Below, one piece after another: positions 37,391-49,382 of a DNA stretch of 60,000 nt (positions are counted from its first letter, which is position 1; every line of letters starts with the position of its first letter). The notes under the pieces are model-generated. The model was given only the letters and a program-made list of their open reading frames with translations. It did not search any database and was not told where the DNA came from. The DNA is from Camelus ferus (taxonomy: Eukaryota), in NCBI RefSeq assembly GCF_009834535.1, contig NC_045696.1, forward strand, positions 112,098,001 to 112,158,000. The letters run 5' to 3'. A program made the position numbers and the translations under genes.

Positions 37391-37558
37391 CAGTGTGGTC
37401 TCATGGGGTAGCCACTATTACGTGACTATTAGTTTATGTTAATAAAAATTAGATAAAATGAAAAATTTAATTCTTCATCTACCATATTGGATTGCACAGA
37501 CACTAAACATTTCCACCACCACAGAGGTGGCTGGTGCTACTGGACAACGCAGCTCTAA
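37391..37558. mobile_element. MER3/MER33-like fragment
   Basis: GGTAGCCACTA...AATTAGATAAAATGAAAAATTTAATTC...AACATTTCCACCACCACAGA...TGGACA. Confidence 0.6.
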
Positions 37559-37789
37559 GTGAACAGCTGTTACCGTCTCTCGAGTTTCCCAGCCCAGGTT
37601 CTACCAAGTTGAAGTCTGGGAGAATTATTGGAGAATAGTAGACGCTGTCAGCACAGGGGCTGCCGAATCTAGAAAGCAAATCACCTTGTCACTTCTTAGG
37701 TTCAGAAAGGGGCCTTCCTGTTGAGGACCCATGTTCTCTCCATACTGAAGACAGACCGCCCATCCCATGTCATGGGCTGGCAGGGAAAA

Positions 37790-37960
37790 GCCACATGGTG
37801 AAGTGGAAAATGCAGAGACTGGGGGTCAGAGGACCTCGGTCCTCACCTTGGCTCTATGACTAGTTTTGTATCTTTCGTTGTTACAACCTCTCTGAACCTC
37901 AGTTTCTGCAACTATAAAATGGTGATGACCAAACCAGTGTGGCTGGTTAAGTGAATATAA
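37790..37960 (+). mobile_element. MIR fragment
   Basis: AACCTCTCTGAACCTCAGTTTC...CTATAAAATGG. Confidence 0.75.
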
Positions 37961-38863
37961 AGGTGTAACCTCCTCCCTGAACACAGAAATGTGTACTTGC
38001 ATGGCGACCGTGCCCGTAGCACACCTTCAGAACTCGTGGCTCTAAGAGCATGTGTGGACAACGATGCTTCTAGCCTAGGTGCTCTCTCTGTGGTTCTTCC
38101 ATGAGGACTTCTGGGAAGTCTGCCTGTGGGGCAAGGGTGTGGCCCCTGAGCTACTGTCTCTTTGGGATGTCACCAGCAGCTGTGTTTTGATGCAATCAGC
38201 AAGGAGGTGTGCCCGACCCTTGCCTGTGTTCAACAGAGGGTTTCACAGGGCCAAGCGCATCACTCCATGCTTGTCAGGATATCAGCGATGCCACATGGGT
38301 CATACTATGGACAGGGCTATGGAGTCCACATCCCTAAAAGGCAACTTCTCCAACCACCAAGGAGCTCCAGAAAGAAAACGTGGTGATTTGTCCTGAGGTA
38401 TTAACTTTGAAAGGTCTCAAATACATTCCGTAGAGGACAACTTGGAAGCATTAAGCAGAGGTCACTGGATACATATTGCCAGGTGGCTTGATTGCTTTGA
38501 GAGGTGAAAGGCACTAGTGTTTAAGTCTGTGCCTGGACTAACTAGCCTTGCTTGCCTGGGAAAATCAAGGCCATCTCTTTATTTTGATCTGTCCTCCTTT
38601 ACTCTTGGATTCCTAGTCTCTGGACCAAAAGAAACAAGCAATTCACCACCGTGGGCCAACGGAAGAGGTGATGCTAATATTCCTCAGGTAGAATATTGCT
38701 ACTCTGCACCCACAGCAGGCTCCCTACTCAAGCTGCTCCAAAGAGTGTGACCATGGACCATACAGAGGTTCACTGTGTTGCTGGTGGTGGTGGCTGAGGT
38801 GGGCACAGCTCTATTTTGTATTCTTGAAGCACCTTCAGTGTAGAGACAATGTCTATCATAGGA

Positions 38864-39062
38864 CCATGGATCTCAAACTGCAGCATCACCAGAATCCCTT
38901 GAAGGGCTTGTTAAAACTTGAATTGCTTGGCCTCACTCTTGGAGCTTCTGATTCAGTTGGCGGTGGTGGGTCAGAAGTAGGGCTGGAGGATCTGCAATTC
39001 TGACAGGTTCCCAGATGCTGCTGCTGTTGGTGGTCCAAAGGGCCACACTTCGATAAATCCCT
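38864..39062. mobile_element. MER5A hAT-Charlie MITE
   Basis: TCTCAAACT...CAGAATC...GGGCTTGTTAAAAC...TTCTGATTCAGT...TTCCCAGATGCTGCTG...CCACACTT. Confidence 0.85.
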
Positions 39063-39224
39063 ACTTTCAAGCCTTCTCAAACTTTAACCCAGATGGACAC
39101 ATGCAAGAGGAGATGTATTTCCCAAAAGGTGTATTTTCTTATGTCTGATACCAACTCAAGTGACTTAAGCACATCATATAGTTAATACTTAGCTAATACC
39201 TGAAGTATCGAGCTAATACTTAGC

Positions 39225-39460
39225 TAATAGTTAATACACAGATTTACTGTGTTACAGGCACAGCTGTAAGTGCTTAAATGTGTTAACTCATTTAATTCTC
39301 ACGAAAATTGTATAAGAGGGGTATTATATTATCATCTCTATTTGGCAAAAGTAGCCCAGAGGAGTAACTTTCCTGAGATTCCACAGCTAAAGTGAGAAGA
39401 AGCGTTGAGGTCTGAATATAGGAATTCTGGCACCAGAGGCTGAGACCACACTGCCTCGCC
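39225..39460 (-). mobile_element. MIR
   Basis: CAGGCAC...TAAGTGCTT...TTAACTCATTTAATTCTCAC...AGTAACTT...CACAGCTA. Confidence 0.75.
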
Positions 39461-41176
39461 CTCCTACCCACCTTCTTTCCCAACTTGGTCCTCGCCCTGG
39501 GTAAATGACAGCATTCCTTTAAGAGAGCACTGGGAGCGTCCCTGAGTGCGATGCTAACAGCCCCAAGGCTGTCAGATGGTAGCCTCAGTCAAGTTTATTT
39601 TCCTACCTCGTAACTGCAACAGAGCCCAGCTTCTCATCTGCAGATACCCTAATATTTTGGGAGTGTCCACAATTCTATCATTATTTTACAAGTGATGTAG
39701 AATGACTTGACGAACAGAAGAATGGAAACCCAAGTGAAGGAGGAGAAATAATAAACAGGGAAGAGAAAATAATAAAGCAAGAGGAGGAAGGGTGAAACTC
39801 ACCAGATGGAAAGGTCGAGGCAGATCAAACACGGGAAATCAAGATTCTATAGGAGAAGAAGTCCTGAGAATTAAACGTGCACGATAGAAAAGGTAAAGTG
39901 CGCAGCTGTCATACAGAGAAAGTAGAAACTGAAAAGCTAAGAGTAAATCCAGAGGAGAGGAGAGAACACAGGAAACAAGGAGGGGCAGTTAGGCGGGGGA
40001 GGGAGGCAGTGATGCCATCCGTCCGGGTTTGAACTCTCGTTATAATGGGGCATTTAAGCTCTGTCAACATTCTTCTTCATCCTTAGAGTATTTTGCAATC
40101 TTTTAAAATACAGGAAACCCCATTTGGTTTTGTCCCAACTCTGGCCACTCAAATCCTGGTTGCTTGTTTATTTTTTCTTGTGCAAAAGAAGTTTCACTAA
40201 AGGTTGGCATATGGGTTAAATCTTTTAGAGGAAAGAGGGGAAAATAATTCAACGGGAAGGAAGGATTCATTATGACAGGGTCCAGGTCAGGGAAATGGCC
40301 ACATAGCTGCATTCCTGAGAGCAAAGGCCTGCGAGAAACTAGACCTGCATGAAGGCTGTTTGCTCTGCCCTGGGATCGAGTTGGGGTCGCTCCAGAGGCC
40401 AGTCTCAGAGCCTGAGACTCTGAACGTTCTGTTTTAGATTAGAGCTGGGTTCACCCAAGGGGTACAGCATGGGGAAGAGTGTGGGTGAGGGCAGCTCTCG
40501 TGTGAGGGCCTGTGTCCTGCAGGGGAGCGTCACTCTGGAACCTCTCTAGAAGGTGGTGGTTCCGTTACGTGGGCAAAAGTTGGGGGTGGGGAGGGTTGCC
40601 TTTTATTCACCTTTTCCCCTTTAGTTATCAGATTCTTTTCTTTCCATGTCTCTTTTGGTATAATAGGAAACTCTTGAACTTTACAATGGAATGCTTGTAA
40701 AATGTAGCTTTCCTCCAAAACCAGTTCCTATCCAGTTCAGTGTTCATTTTCCAGCCATGCCGCTTACAAAGTCACTTTTCCTGCAGAGTCTTTCATTATC
40801 TGCCCTCCAGGGATCCAGCCCTCGCTGCCCCTCTGCTCCCTCAGTCCTGGATGAGAGTTCTCTGTGAGGCCACAGTACTTCATTGAATCTAAGACCTTGA
40901 TGACTGCAAAAACCAGGCATCATTATTTCATGTGCCACTAAGAAAAAAAAGTCTGCTTATTCCCTCTGCACCACTGGCTGTGAGATGTATCTCAAACCCA
41001 GAGATGTTACCATGTTAAGTAAATACTTAAGAGTTCACATAATGTGGCATCACCTGTCATGATCGGGCCTCAGTCCTTTTTCTCTTAGGCCACTCCCAAG
41101 GCAGAGAATGGTTTTCCCTATTTCCCAGCTAGCTTGCTAACAATTCTGACTTAATTTGGGGAAGGGGGTATACACA

Positions 41177-41208
41177 GAGAGAGAGAGAGAGAGAAAGAGG
41201 GAGAGAGA
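41177..41208 (+). repeat. Imperfect (GA)n microsatellite
   Basis: GAGAGAGAGAGAGAGAGAAAGAGGGAGAGAGA-type tract. Confidence 0.9.
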
Positions 41209-44200
41209 GGTTGATCATGTATTTGCATGAATAGCATTTGTATGCTATACTATAAAATTGGCATACCCACTTTGTCCTTAAATTTTCCCAAGAAATTCAG
41301 GAAACAGGCAGGTACTGAATTTTTCCTGTCTTACATCGATCAGCCTGAGGCTCAGAGAGATGATCTGATGGACCCATGATCACATCCCCAGGTAGGGTAG
41401 GACCTGGAGTCAGGTCTGAGTCTAGCCTTTTTTGATGCTTTCCTTGTTCAGGGAACAGTAGAAAGTATAAGGATACGGATTGCTCACCTCCCACCCCAGG
41501 TCCTGAGGAAAATCAGAAAACAAGGGCTGTTCCTGGGCCCCTGCGTGCTCTGGCGTGGGGCGCCTTGCTTTAGCTCCGTGGCGGTCCACGTGCGGTGCCT
41601 GCAGCAGGCGGCAGGGAGTTTGTACACGCCGAGGCTATCTAAACAGACCATTAAGTGGGAGGAAAGTAACACACGGGAGCGCCGGGTCGGTAAATTCCCA
41701 ACAACTCGTGCTGCCTGCAAGGGCCGAGCTGCGCTGAGCTCTGTGTTTACACAAAATCAATTTTACAAGCGATCTTATATAATTAGGGAAGACGCCTTCC
41801 TACAGAGGATATTCCACATTCGCGTAATAGCTTCAGCATTCGTCTCATTGATCGCTTTTGTTTGATATTATGTGTGGATTTTTTTCTTTCTCCCAAGTGG
41901 CTATCTTCTCTTATAGCTTCTTTATGAGATGCTGAAGTGCTATCCTATGAGGAACCAAGACACACATTCTTACCAGTATTTTACAGACTAAAGACCCTGA
42001 AGTTACCCATCAACAATCTCATGCTTTGTATGTGTTTTCCTTTAATTCTCTAATCTCAAGAGCTTCAAATATTTGGGGGATCGATAACTCAGGGGAGGGG
42101 GTCGTACCTTACATACTAAACACAGAAGTTGGAGGAAAAATACATCTACATCAGAATTCTGAATAGCAGGGGACATTGAGACTAATGTGGGTTTCTCTCT
42201 TAAACTCCTAGCCTTTTCAGTGATGCTCATTTTTTCCTTTATAAAGTTGAAATAAAACGGATCTTTTGTTGACATCAGACAGAGGTGCAGGATGGAGCTA
42301 GCGGCACCACTGGGGACACATTTCTTTAGGGACTCCTCTGCGGGTGACTGACGGTCCCCAGGCACCGCACTGCTTTCCTCAGGTAGAAGGGACCACGCTC
42401 TGGCTTGTGACGGAGATGCTGTAAATCCACACCTGCCCTGGGACGCCGCAGGTCCCATCTGTTCCCTAAAGTGCCGACATAAACGAAGTCTCTGCAAGCC
42501 ATCTGCAAGGGGCCCTCGTGTGTGCACGCCGGAGTCTTGCACTAACGCGATCACGATGTGATTTCGCAACTTCGAATAAGGTTCATCTTAACTGTCACTG
42601 TTAAGATAGAATGCTTTGCAGCTGTCTCTCTTCTGCAAAGTTGGAAAACCTAACTTTGATGGCTGATGTGATGAAGTCTCACATTTTGTTTTCTCACCTG
42701 GACTGTCACATTTCAGTCCCCTACGTCTAGTGTGTGCTTAACAAATATTTCTGAATTGAAAAAAATTGTGACTAGGAAGAGGTGGTGGGAAAAATACAAA
42801 AATCTCAGAAAAAACAGTGGGTACTGGGTATTGCACGGCTACTGAACAGCCATGTGACTGAACCCCCCCCCGCCGGACCTCCTTTTCCCCATTTGTAAAA
42901 TGAGCATATTGATGAAGTGACTCAAAGGTCCCTGCCACTTCTAACATTTAGGTTCTAAATTTGAACCATATTCCTTCATTCTAACCTTGCTCGGATTTTC
43001 TTATCTAGGGAACATGACCCAGTTTGGAAATTACGTCTCCTCTCTTTTCCTTTACCATCCCAACTCAACCTTCATATAAACCAGCCCAGAGAGTTTCAGT
43101 TATCATTAATTACCTATTTTACTGAAACCACATACTATAAAAGATGACTTAATTAACTCTGGCTGGTAATTTTTATCTGCTTAAGAAACCTTATTTCTCC
43201 TATTACCATACTTTAAATAAAAATAAAACAAGTAATTTATATAAAGAGATACCTGACCTACACAGTGCCATCCACAGACTCAGCCTGCAAGAATGCTTCT
43301 ATTCTGTTAGGACCGTTGATACGACCTCCACGTATGTCTCTTGGCACCTTCTCCCTCTGTCTGCCTTGTACAGGACAAAAGCAGTGCACAGCCCTGAACA
43401 CGGTTTTGTTCAGTCCCCTTTTCAATATGGTTGGTATTTAGTCTAACAAGAAAAGCCAAGAAAGGACAGTTAGACAAAGTCCAGGAATACCTGTTCTTTT
43501 CGTGCTGATAAGCTCAGCTGCGTGGGGCATGTCTGAGCAGAATCTGTCATTAACACAATGTACTATTTGTCCAAACATCTGTAGGGTCACATTATTTCTC
43601 TTTAAGCCAGTGAGAGCAAAAGCAAAACCAAGACAGGTTATTAATCACTTACGCAGTATTTCTCAAGCAACACTGGAAAAAAAAATGAGCTAACATAATG
43701 GATTGAAAGAAGATTACACAGAAGAAAAACAAGGCATTTTTCATTATTATGAAATGAGCCCACCCAGGTCCCACCAAGTCCACGTTTCACACGTGGTGTC
43801 CTGGGTGCTCTGGGGCTCATGGGAAGCTGGATTCAGGACCATTGCCTAACTGAGGGCACCCGGGTAGCTCCCATTTCCTCCAGGAGGAAATGGAAGTTCA
43901 GATTTGTATGCCTTCAATATTTGTGTGGGACTTGCTTCCACCAGGGGTGTGGGAACCCCACGTGGATGCAATGAAGTCAAACAGTCCTTGGGGCAGCCTG
44001 ATAGCTGCACAGGTAGACCTGGCGAGAAAAATCCAGTGTCTGTGGATGCCAAGTGAAAAGAAACAGTGTGGGTTCTTGGCTGTCCACAGCTGCCGAGGTG
44101 ATAGGGAATTAATTGTATAGGTAGGTGCACTTTTACACATCTGTCAGCAAAAGGCCTGTTTCAAAAAAAAATCCACTAATCAGGAATAGCATCTGTATTG

Positions 44201-44574
44201 TTGACCCTCCCAGGAGGGCTTCAAGCTCAGGGCAAGGCATGGATTACAAGGTGCCATAAAGACATGGTTGTATCTGGGGCCATAAGAACTGGTAATTACT
44301 CACAGAGGCAAGAATTCCTTTTTCTTCATTATTCTCTACACTAATAAAAGGTAACATTTTGAGATGAGTTGGAATTGTGTCCTGTTGGACTATATGTGTC
44401 CCACAGGCATGACTAGAGTCTTTACCATGTGTTACCCATCAGGCACTTTTCCCTGGTTGACATGAGCCTGAGGGGAGAGAGAGGGGGATAGCATTGTGGG
44501 GGGGTCAAGAAAGGGTAAGATCTCCAAAGTAGTGTGAGCAGAATACCATTTGATGTGGCTGATTCTGCATAAGT

Positions 44575-44840
44575 AAATAATAACAGCTCATCTTTGAGGT
44601 TTTCTTAAACGGTGCAATATGCTAGATCCGCAATAAAATGAAGACGAAGTTTTAAGAACTTTACATGGATTAACTCACTTACTCCTTATTAATTCTGGAG
44701 ACGTAGATGTAACATTATCCCCATTTCATGGATGAGGACACTGACCCACAGGGAGGTTCTGTCCTGTCCCTCAAGCTAGTAAAAGGTAGGTGGAAACTTG
44801 AATCCTGGAGGCTAACTTTGGAGCTCGAGCCTTCAATCAT
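44575..44840 (-). mobile_element. MIR
   Basis: CTTTACATGGATTAACTCA...ATTATCCCCATTTCATGGATGAGGACACTGA. Confidence 0.8.
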
Positions 44841-46735
44841 TCTCACTCAAAAAAAAGGTTTGTCTAAATGGTTGTAGCTGATCGCAAACAGAACCTCCGT
44901 TCTGATGGTGGTACGTGTGTCCCAGCCTACGTCTATGTGTTCACGCAGTCAGAGGATTTAGGGTAAAAATTTACAGGTAGGTATAAGGGATTGCACAGAT
45001 TTTCTCACTTAATAGGTGGTGATTACCTCTTAACTGATGGGTAACAAAATACAGGCCCCTTTGAAGGATCCAAGTTTGCTTCAAACAGATGTACTCATCA
45101 TTTAATTCAAAAGTGTAGAATAGTATTTCTTGAACCCTAACAATTATAAGAGTCATAAGAGTCAAAGGACCCAAGAAGCCGATCCCCTGTCTGATTTAAC
45201 AATCACCCCGTCATCGTAGGGTTTCTTGTAAGGTGGTACCCACTGGTATTAAGGCGACAGCAGCACCTGGAACAGGAAACCTCACAGTTACAGACCGATG
45301 GCTGAGATGTTGCCCACGTCACCCACGGTTCTCCAGACAGAAAACAGATGATCATTATGAGGTAAGTCAGCTCCAGTAACAGGCTGCTAGAAAGAAATAC
45401 ATCGTCATCGCTGGGAAGCCGTGGGCTCACCTACTATGCATAGGGTCCTGTATTTATTGCCCTATTTGAAGCTAATGATTTTTCCGAGCTGGGCTATGCT
45501 GATGGAGGCTAACTTCCCAGGCTTTATTTTCTCCTTGGCAGATATCCTGTACCAGTCGTGGTGCCTAGCACCTTGGAGTAATGATTTCTCATTGTTTTTT
45601 GGACAACCTGGTTTATTTCTCTCCACTTTAAGTTTTCAGGAAAATCTCTTCTCAGCCTGTTAATCGGTGCTTCCTGCGCTAAATAAAAAGTATAGGTTTC
45701 AGAAGAGATACTGGGGAATAAAAGAAGAAAAGTAGAGTAATCTTTGAGTCTTCCCTGAGGGGTTTTTCTAGATGGGGTTACGTAGTTCTTTCCCATGCAA
45801 AGTCAAGGGTGGAAGTGCTCCGGGTAGCTAAGTTTCTGCTAAAATCATTAACCCCTGAAGAGAGACACGTTGTGCACGCAAAAGGGAGAACATACACGTT
45901 AGGCTGGACCCATTCGGGCCAGAGGGGGTCTGTGGGGATGGTCTCCTGCTGCCTTCTCCCCGCTCTTCTTCCTGCCCCAGGAGGCTCCACTACTCTGGCT
46001 TCTGGCTGGACTGGCGGGGGAAACGGGATTCCCCGGGTTGCCTCCCAGGCGGAGCAGCAGGTCACTGCGCTCCGTGATGGAGGTCCCTGCTCCCATGGCG
46101 TGGTCTCTCCTGCCTTCTCCCTCACTCTTACCTGCTGCCAAGTCCTGTCCTGGGACAACTGGTCCTGAGACTTGCCCACCTGTTTGCAGCCCTGGGATCT
46201 CACTTCTTGTCTTTGCTCTTCTTTGGTTTACCGGGTGAGCACAGCACAGGAACGGATTTTCGTGTCCGACTGTGCCCTCCAGGTGCTGACCGGGTTCCTG
46301 GCTGCCACACCCCGCTCTGTCCACCCAGCCTTCCTACTCCGACCATTCACCCTGCCCACACCTCTGCTCCGGGCCTCTTAGTAGGATTCCAATAAGAACT
46401 TAACTATGACAGTGGCTCAAAAATCTCAGAACAACTGAGGACTGAGGTGCGATCACGAGCCTCCTTGAGGGTTTTCTGTAGTTCAGTAGATCACAGTTTC
46501 CGAGTGCTCTACCCAGCCGTGTGTCACTCTGGCTTCCCATCTGTGAGCTCATTCTTTTCCTATCTGGTCCCATCGCCTGGGCCAAGATGTCAAACCAAGA
46601 CAAAGAAAAATGGCTTCTCTTCCTGCACGTGATTCCAGTCGCTGATGGATATCAGCACAAAGTGAGAAGGAATGATGAGAGGGTCCGTGGCCCAGCTCTG
46701 CCATGGGAGAAGAAGGGTGTCTGCAGCCCCCTTTC

Positions 46736-47004
46736 TATTTTTTAAAGTTTTCAATTTTTATATATTTAACTGATAAGATGTTTCTTTAATTTTGAAATTC
46801 TAGGTCTTTTTTATATCCTTATTTTTTATTGAAGTGTAGTTGATTTCCAATGTTAGTTTCATGTGTACAGCAAAGCTATTCAGTTTTATATATATAAATA
46901 AATTTTCATATTCTTTTCCGTTACGCTCAATACAAGATATTGAATATAGTTCCCTGTGCTCTACAGTAGGTCCTTGTTGTTTAGCTATTTTATATACAGT
47001 AGTG
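46736..47004 (-). mobile_element. Short L1 3' end with extended tail and perfect 14-bp TSD
   Basis: Antisense L1 3' UTR (TTATTGAAGTGTAGTTGATTT...CAAGATATTGAATATAGTTCCCTGTGCT) flanked by TGCAGCCCCCTTTC at 46722-46735 and 47005-47018. Confidence 0.9.
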
Positions 47005-47129
47005 TGCAGCCCCCTTTCAATTACAAGAGAAGATTCCAAAGGCAGATATTAAGACCGTGAAGCATGAAGCATGGTGTTAAGACCATGAAGTTCCTTAAGA
47101 GCTTTTAGAGCAGCAGGCATCTGGCCTGC

Positions 47130-48600
47130 AGACTGGACTGAATAGCTGAAAGTGATTCGAGAGGAAGAAACACTTAGGACCCCTCACTACTAGTATGATT
47201 GCATATTCTGACTTCTGGGAACAGCTTCCAGCACGACAGAAGCTAGGTCTTTTCTGTGCCTGCCAACGTCCTTCATTTTTTCCCTGGACCTTTCTTGTTC
47301 ACTGGGCCTCCCTCTTGGCTTCTTACGTTGGCTTCTCCTCTGACAGATCCCCCAGTGAGTGGACCCCAGGTTCAGTCCTGAGTCCTCTTCTGCTCTCCCT
47401 TCCTCCTTCAGAAATCTCATCTTCACCATGGCTTTAAAGCCATCTACCTGCCAAGGACTTCAAAACCTGTACCCCTCTAGCCCGACCTCTCTCCTGAACT
47501 CCAGACTTGAGTCTCTGACTGCCTGCTTGACTTCTTTGCTCCCTTGGGAGTCTTACAGAGATTTCAAACACACGCACCCAAATCAGAGCACGTGACCTTC
47601 TGGCCATGCTGCCCTCCACCCAGCCTCACTCCTCCATCATTCTTCGTGTCAGTAAAAGGTGCCATCAATCTCCAGTTCTTCCGGCCACCAGCCTTCTTTG
47701 ATTCTTCTCTATTTCTTACACCCACACTTGGAGCCCATTAGTAAATCCTGTGATTGTACCTCCAGCATGCACCCCAAATTCACTGATTTCTCTCTCTGCA
47801 GTTAGAAACCACAATCTTCTCTTGGCTGGAGCACACCACAGCCCCCCGACTGGTCTTTTGCCTTCTACTATTACCTCTCCTACAAACATTTCTCATAGTA
47901 GCCAGAGAGTGATTTATTTACACCAATGGTTTGCATGTGGGGGTGATTTTGTCCCTCAGGGGACATTTGTCAATGTCTGGAGATATTTTGGGTTGTCACA
48001 ACTGGGGAGAGGGGTTCTAGCCAGGAATGCTGCTAAACCTCTTTCAACGCACAGGACAGCCCCCAGACAAAAAACTGTCTGGCCCCACATGCCAACAGTG
48101 CTGAAGCTGAGAAGCCCTGATTTAAATGGAAATTAGACCATGCCATGCATCTGCCAGTGGCTTCTGCTTATATTTAAAATCCACACTTCTTACCACAGCC
48201 TCCAAGGCCTTCAATGATGTGGTCCCCCTATGCTTCTTGGGCCTTAGCGCACACTCCCTTTTCCCCATTCTCACTGTCCCTCAGACAGGCCTGTCCTGTC
48301 CTCAAGTTACTGACGGTAGCTGTGAGCCTGAAACGCCCATCACGCAGATTCTCCCAGGGTTCAGTGCCACCTCCACCTCCTCAGTGAGGCCTCCCCTGAC
48401 CGCCTGACCTCAAACAACCTTCATGTACCTTCTCTCATACCATCATTTTCTCTTCTTTTTGCATTTATTACTCTGCTATTGTTTGGTTTCCATATTGTTT
48501 ATATACTCTTTGTTAGCTCATGAGGGCCTGGAACATTTTCATCCTTTATCTTCAAAGCTACAGTAAATGCTCAATACATACTTGTTGAATGAATTAGCTT
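47130..48600 (+). mobile_element. Long L2 remnant interrupted by MER20
   Basis: L2 motifs CTCTCTCCTGAACTCCAGACT, CTGCCTGCTTGAC, CACCTCCTCAGTGAGGCCTCCCCTGACC and terminus CAGTAAATGCTCAATACATACTTGTTGAATGAAT. Confidence 0.8.
47924..48119. mobile_element. MER20 hAT-Charlie element
   Basis: GGGGGTGATTTTGTCCCTCAGGGGACATTTGTCAATGTCTGGAGATATTTT...GCTGAGAAGCCCTG, with a degenerate 8-bp TSD ATTTACAC/ATTTAAAT. Confidence 0.9.
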
Positions 48601-48929
48601 TGTTTGAACAGTAAGGGTCCACTGGCTCCATGGGTTTTTGAGTGGCCTAGTCCAAAAACACTTAATGGACAGCTCCCACAACACAGGCCCTCTTCTCGTC
48701 TCTGACTGTTTGCAAGCTTTTCTTTACTGGTGCGCTTGCAGATTCATTCATTTGTCCGTTATTTCAACAGGCAGTGTATCAGAAACCACAGCAAGTGCTC
48801 CGCTCTTAATGATGACCAAGGAACATCTCTAGTCCTTGCAGAACCCTCAGACTTGACCTGCCAGCACCACCTTCTGAGAAAGCGAATATGATAATATTCC
48901 TTCTCTGTTTGTGATCTGCCCCAGCAGCA

Positions 48930-49382
48930 GTAGGGTGGATTGGATGGTGTCCCTCCAAGTCCGCCGCACCCTCTGAGAAGGATTTGTGCACATCCTAACC
49001 CTGAGACCCCACGAACATGACCTGATTTGGAAAAAGGGGCTTACAGATGTGGTTAAGTGATGAGATCGTCCTGGCTTAGCCAGGTAGGCCCTAAATCCAA
49101 TGACTTTGTGTCCTTATGCAAGACATGTGGGGGAGAGATGTGGACAGAAGAGGAGAGGCTGTGGGAAGAGGGAGGCAGAGGTGGGAACTAGGCAGCTGCA
49201 AGCTAAGAAGTGCCCAGAGTCACTGGAGCCATCAAAGCTGGACGAGGCGAGAAGGGGTTCTCTCTGACCCCCCAGAGGGAGCACAACCTTGTGGGCCTTC
49301 AGAACTGGGAGAAAATAAATCTCTGTTGTTTTAAGACACCAACTTTTGGGTAATATATCATTGCAGCCACGGGAGACTAACA
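48930..49382 (+). mobile_element. MLT1B/C-like MaLR solo LTR
   Basis: ATTTGGAAAAAGGG...GGCCCTAAATCCAATGAC...CAGAACTGGGAGAAAATAAATCTCTGTTGTTTTAAG...GCAGCC...ACTAACA. Confidence 0.85.

Noticed and set aside
42042..42569. Longest ORF in the window (175 aa, minus)
   Set aside because: Non-ATG start, no recognisable domain, mixed composition, and a length attainable by chance.
43936..43952. CTCF-like CCACCAGGGGTG
   Set aside because: It deviates from the core at the 3' GGC positions and cannot be supported without ChIP or conservation data.
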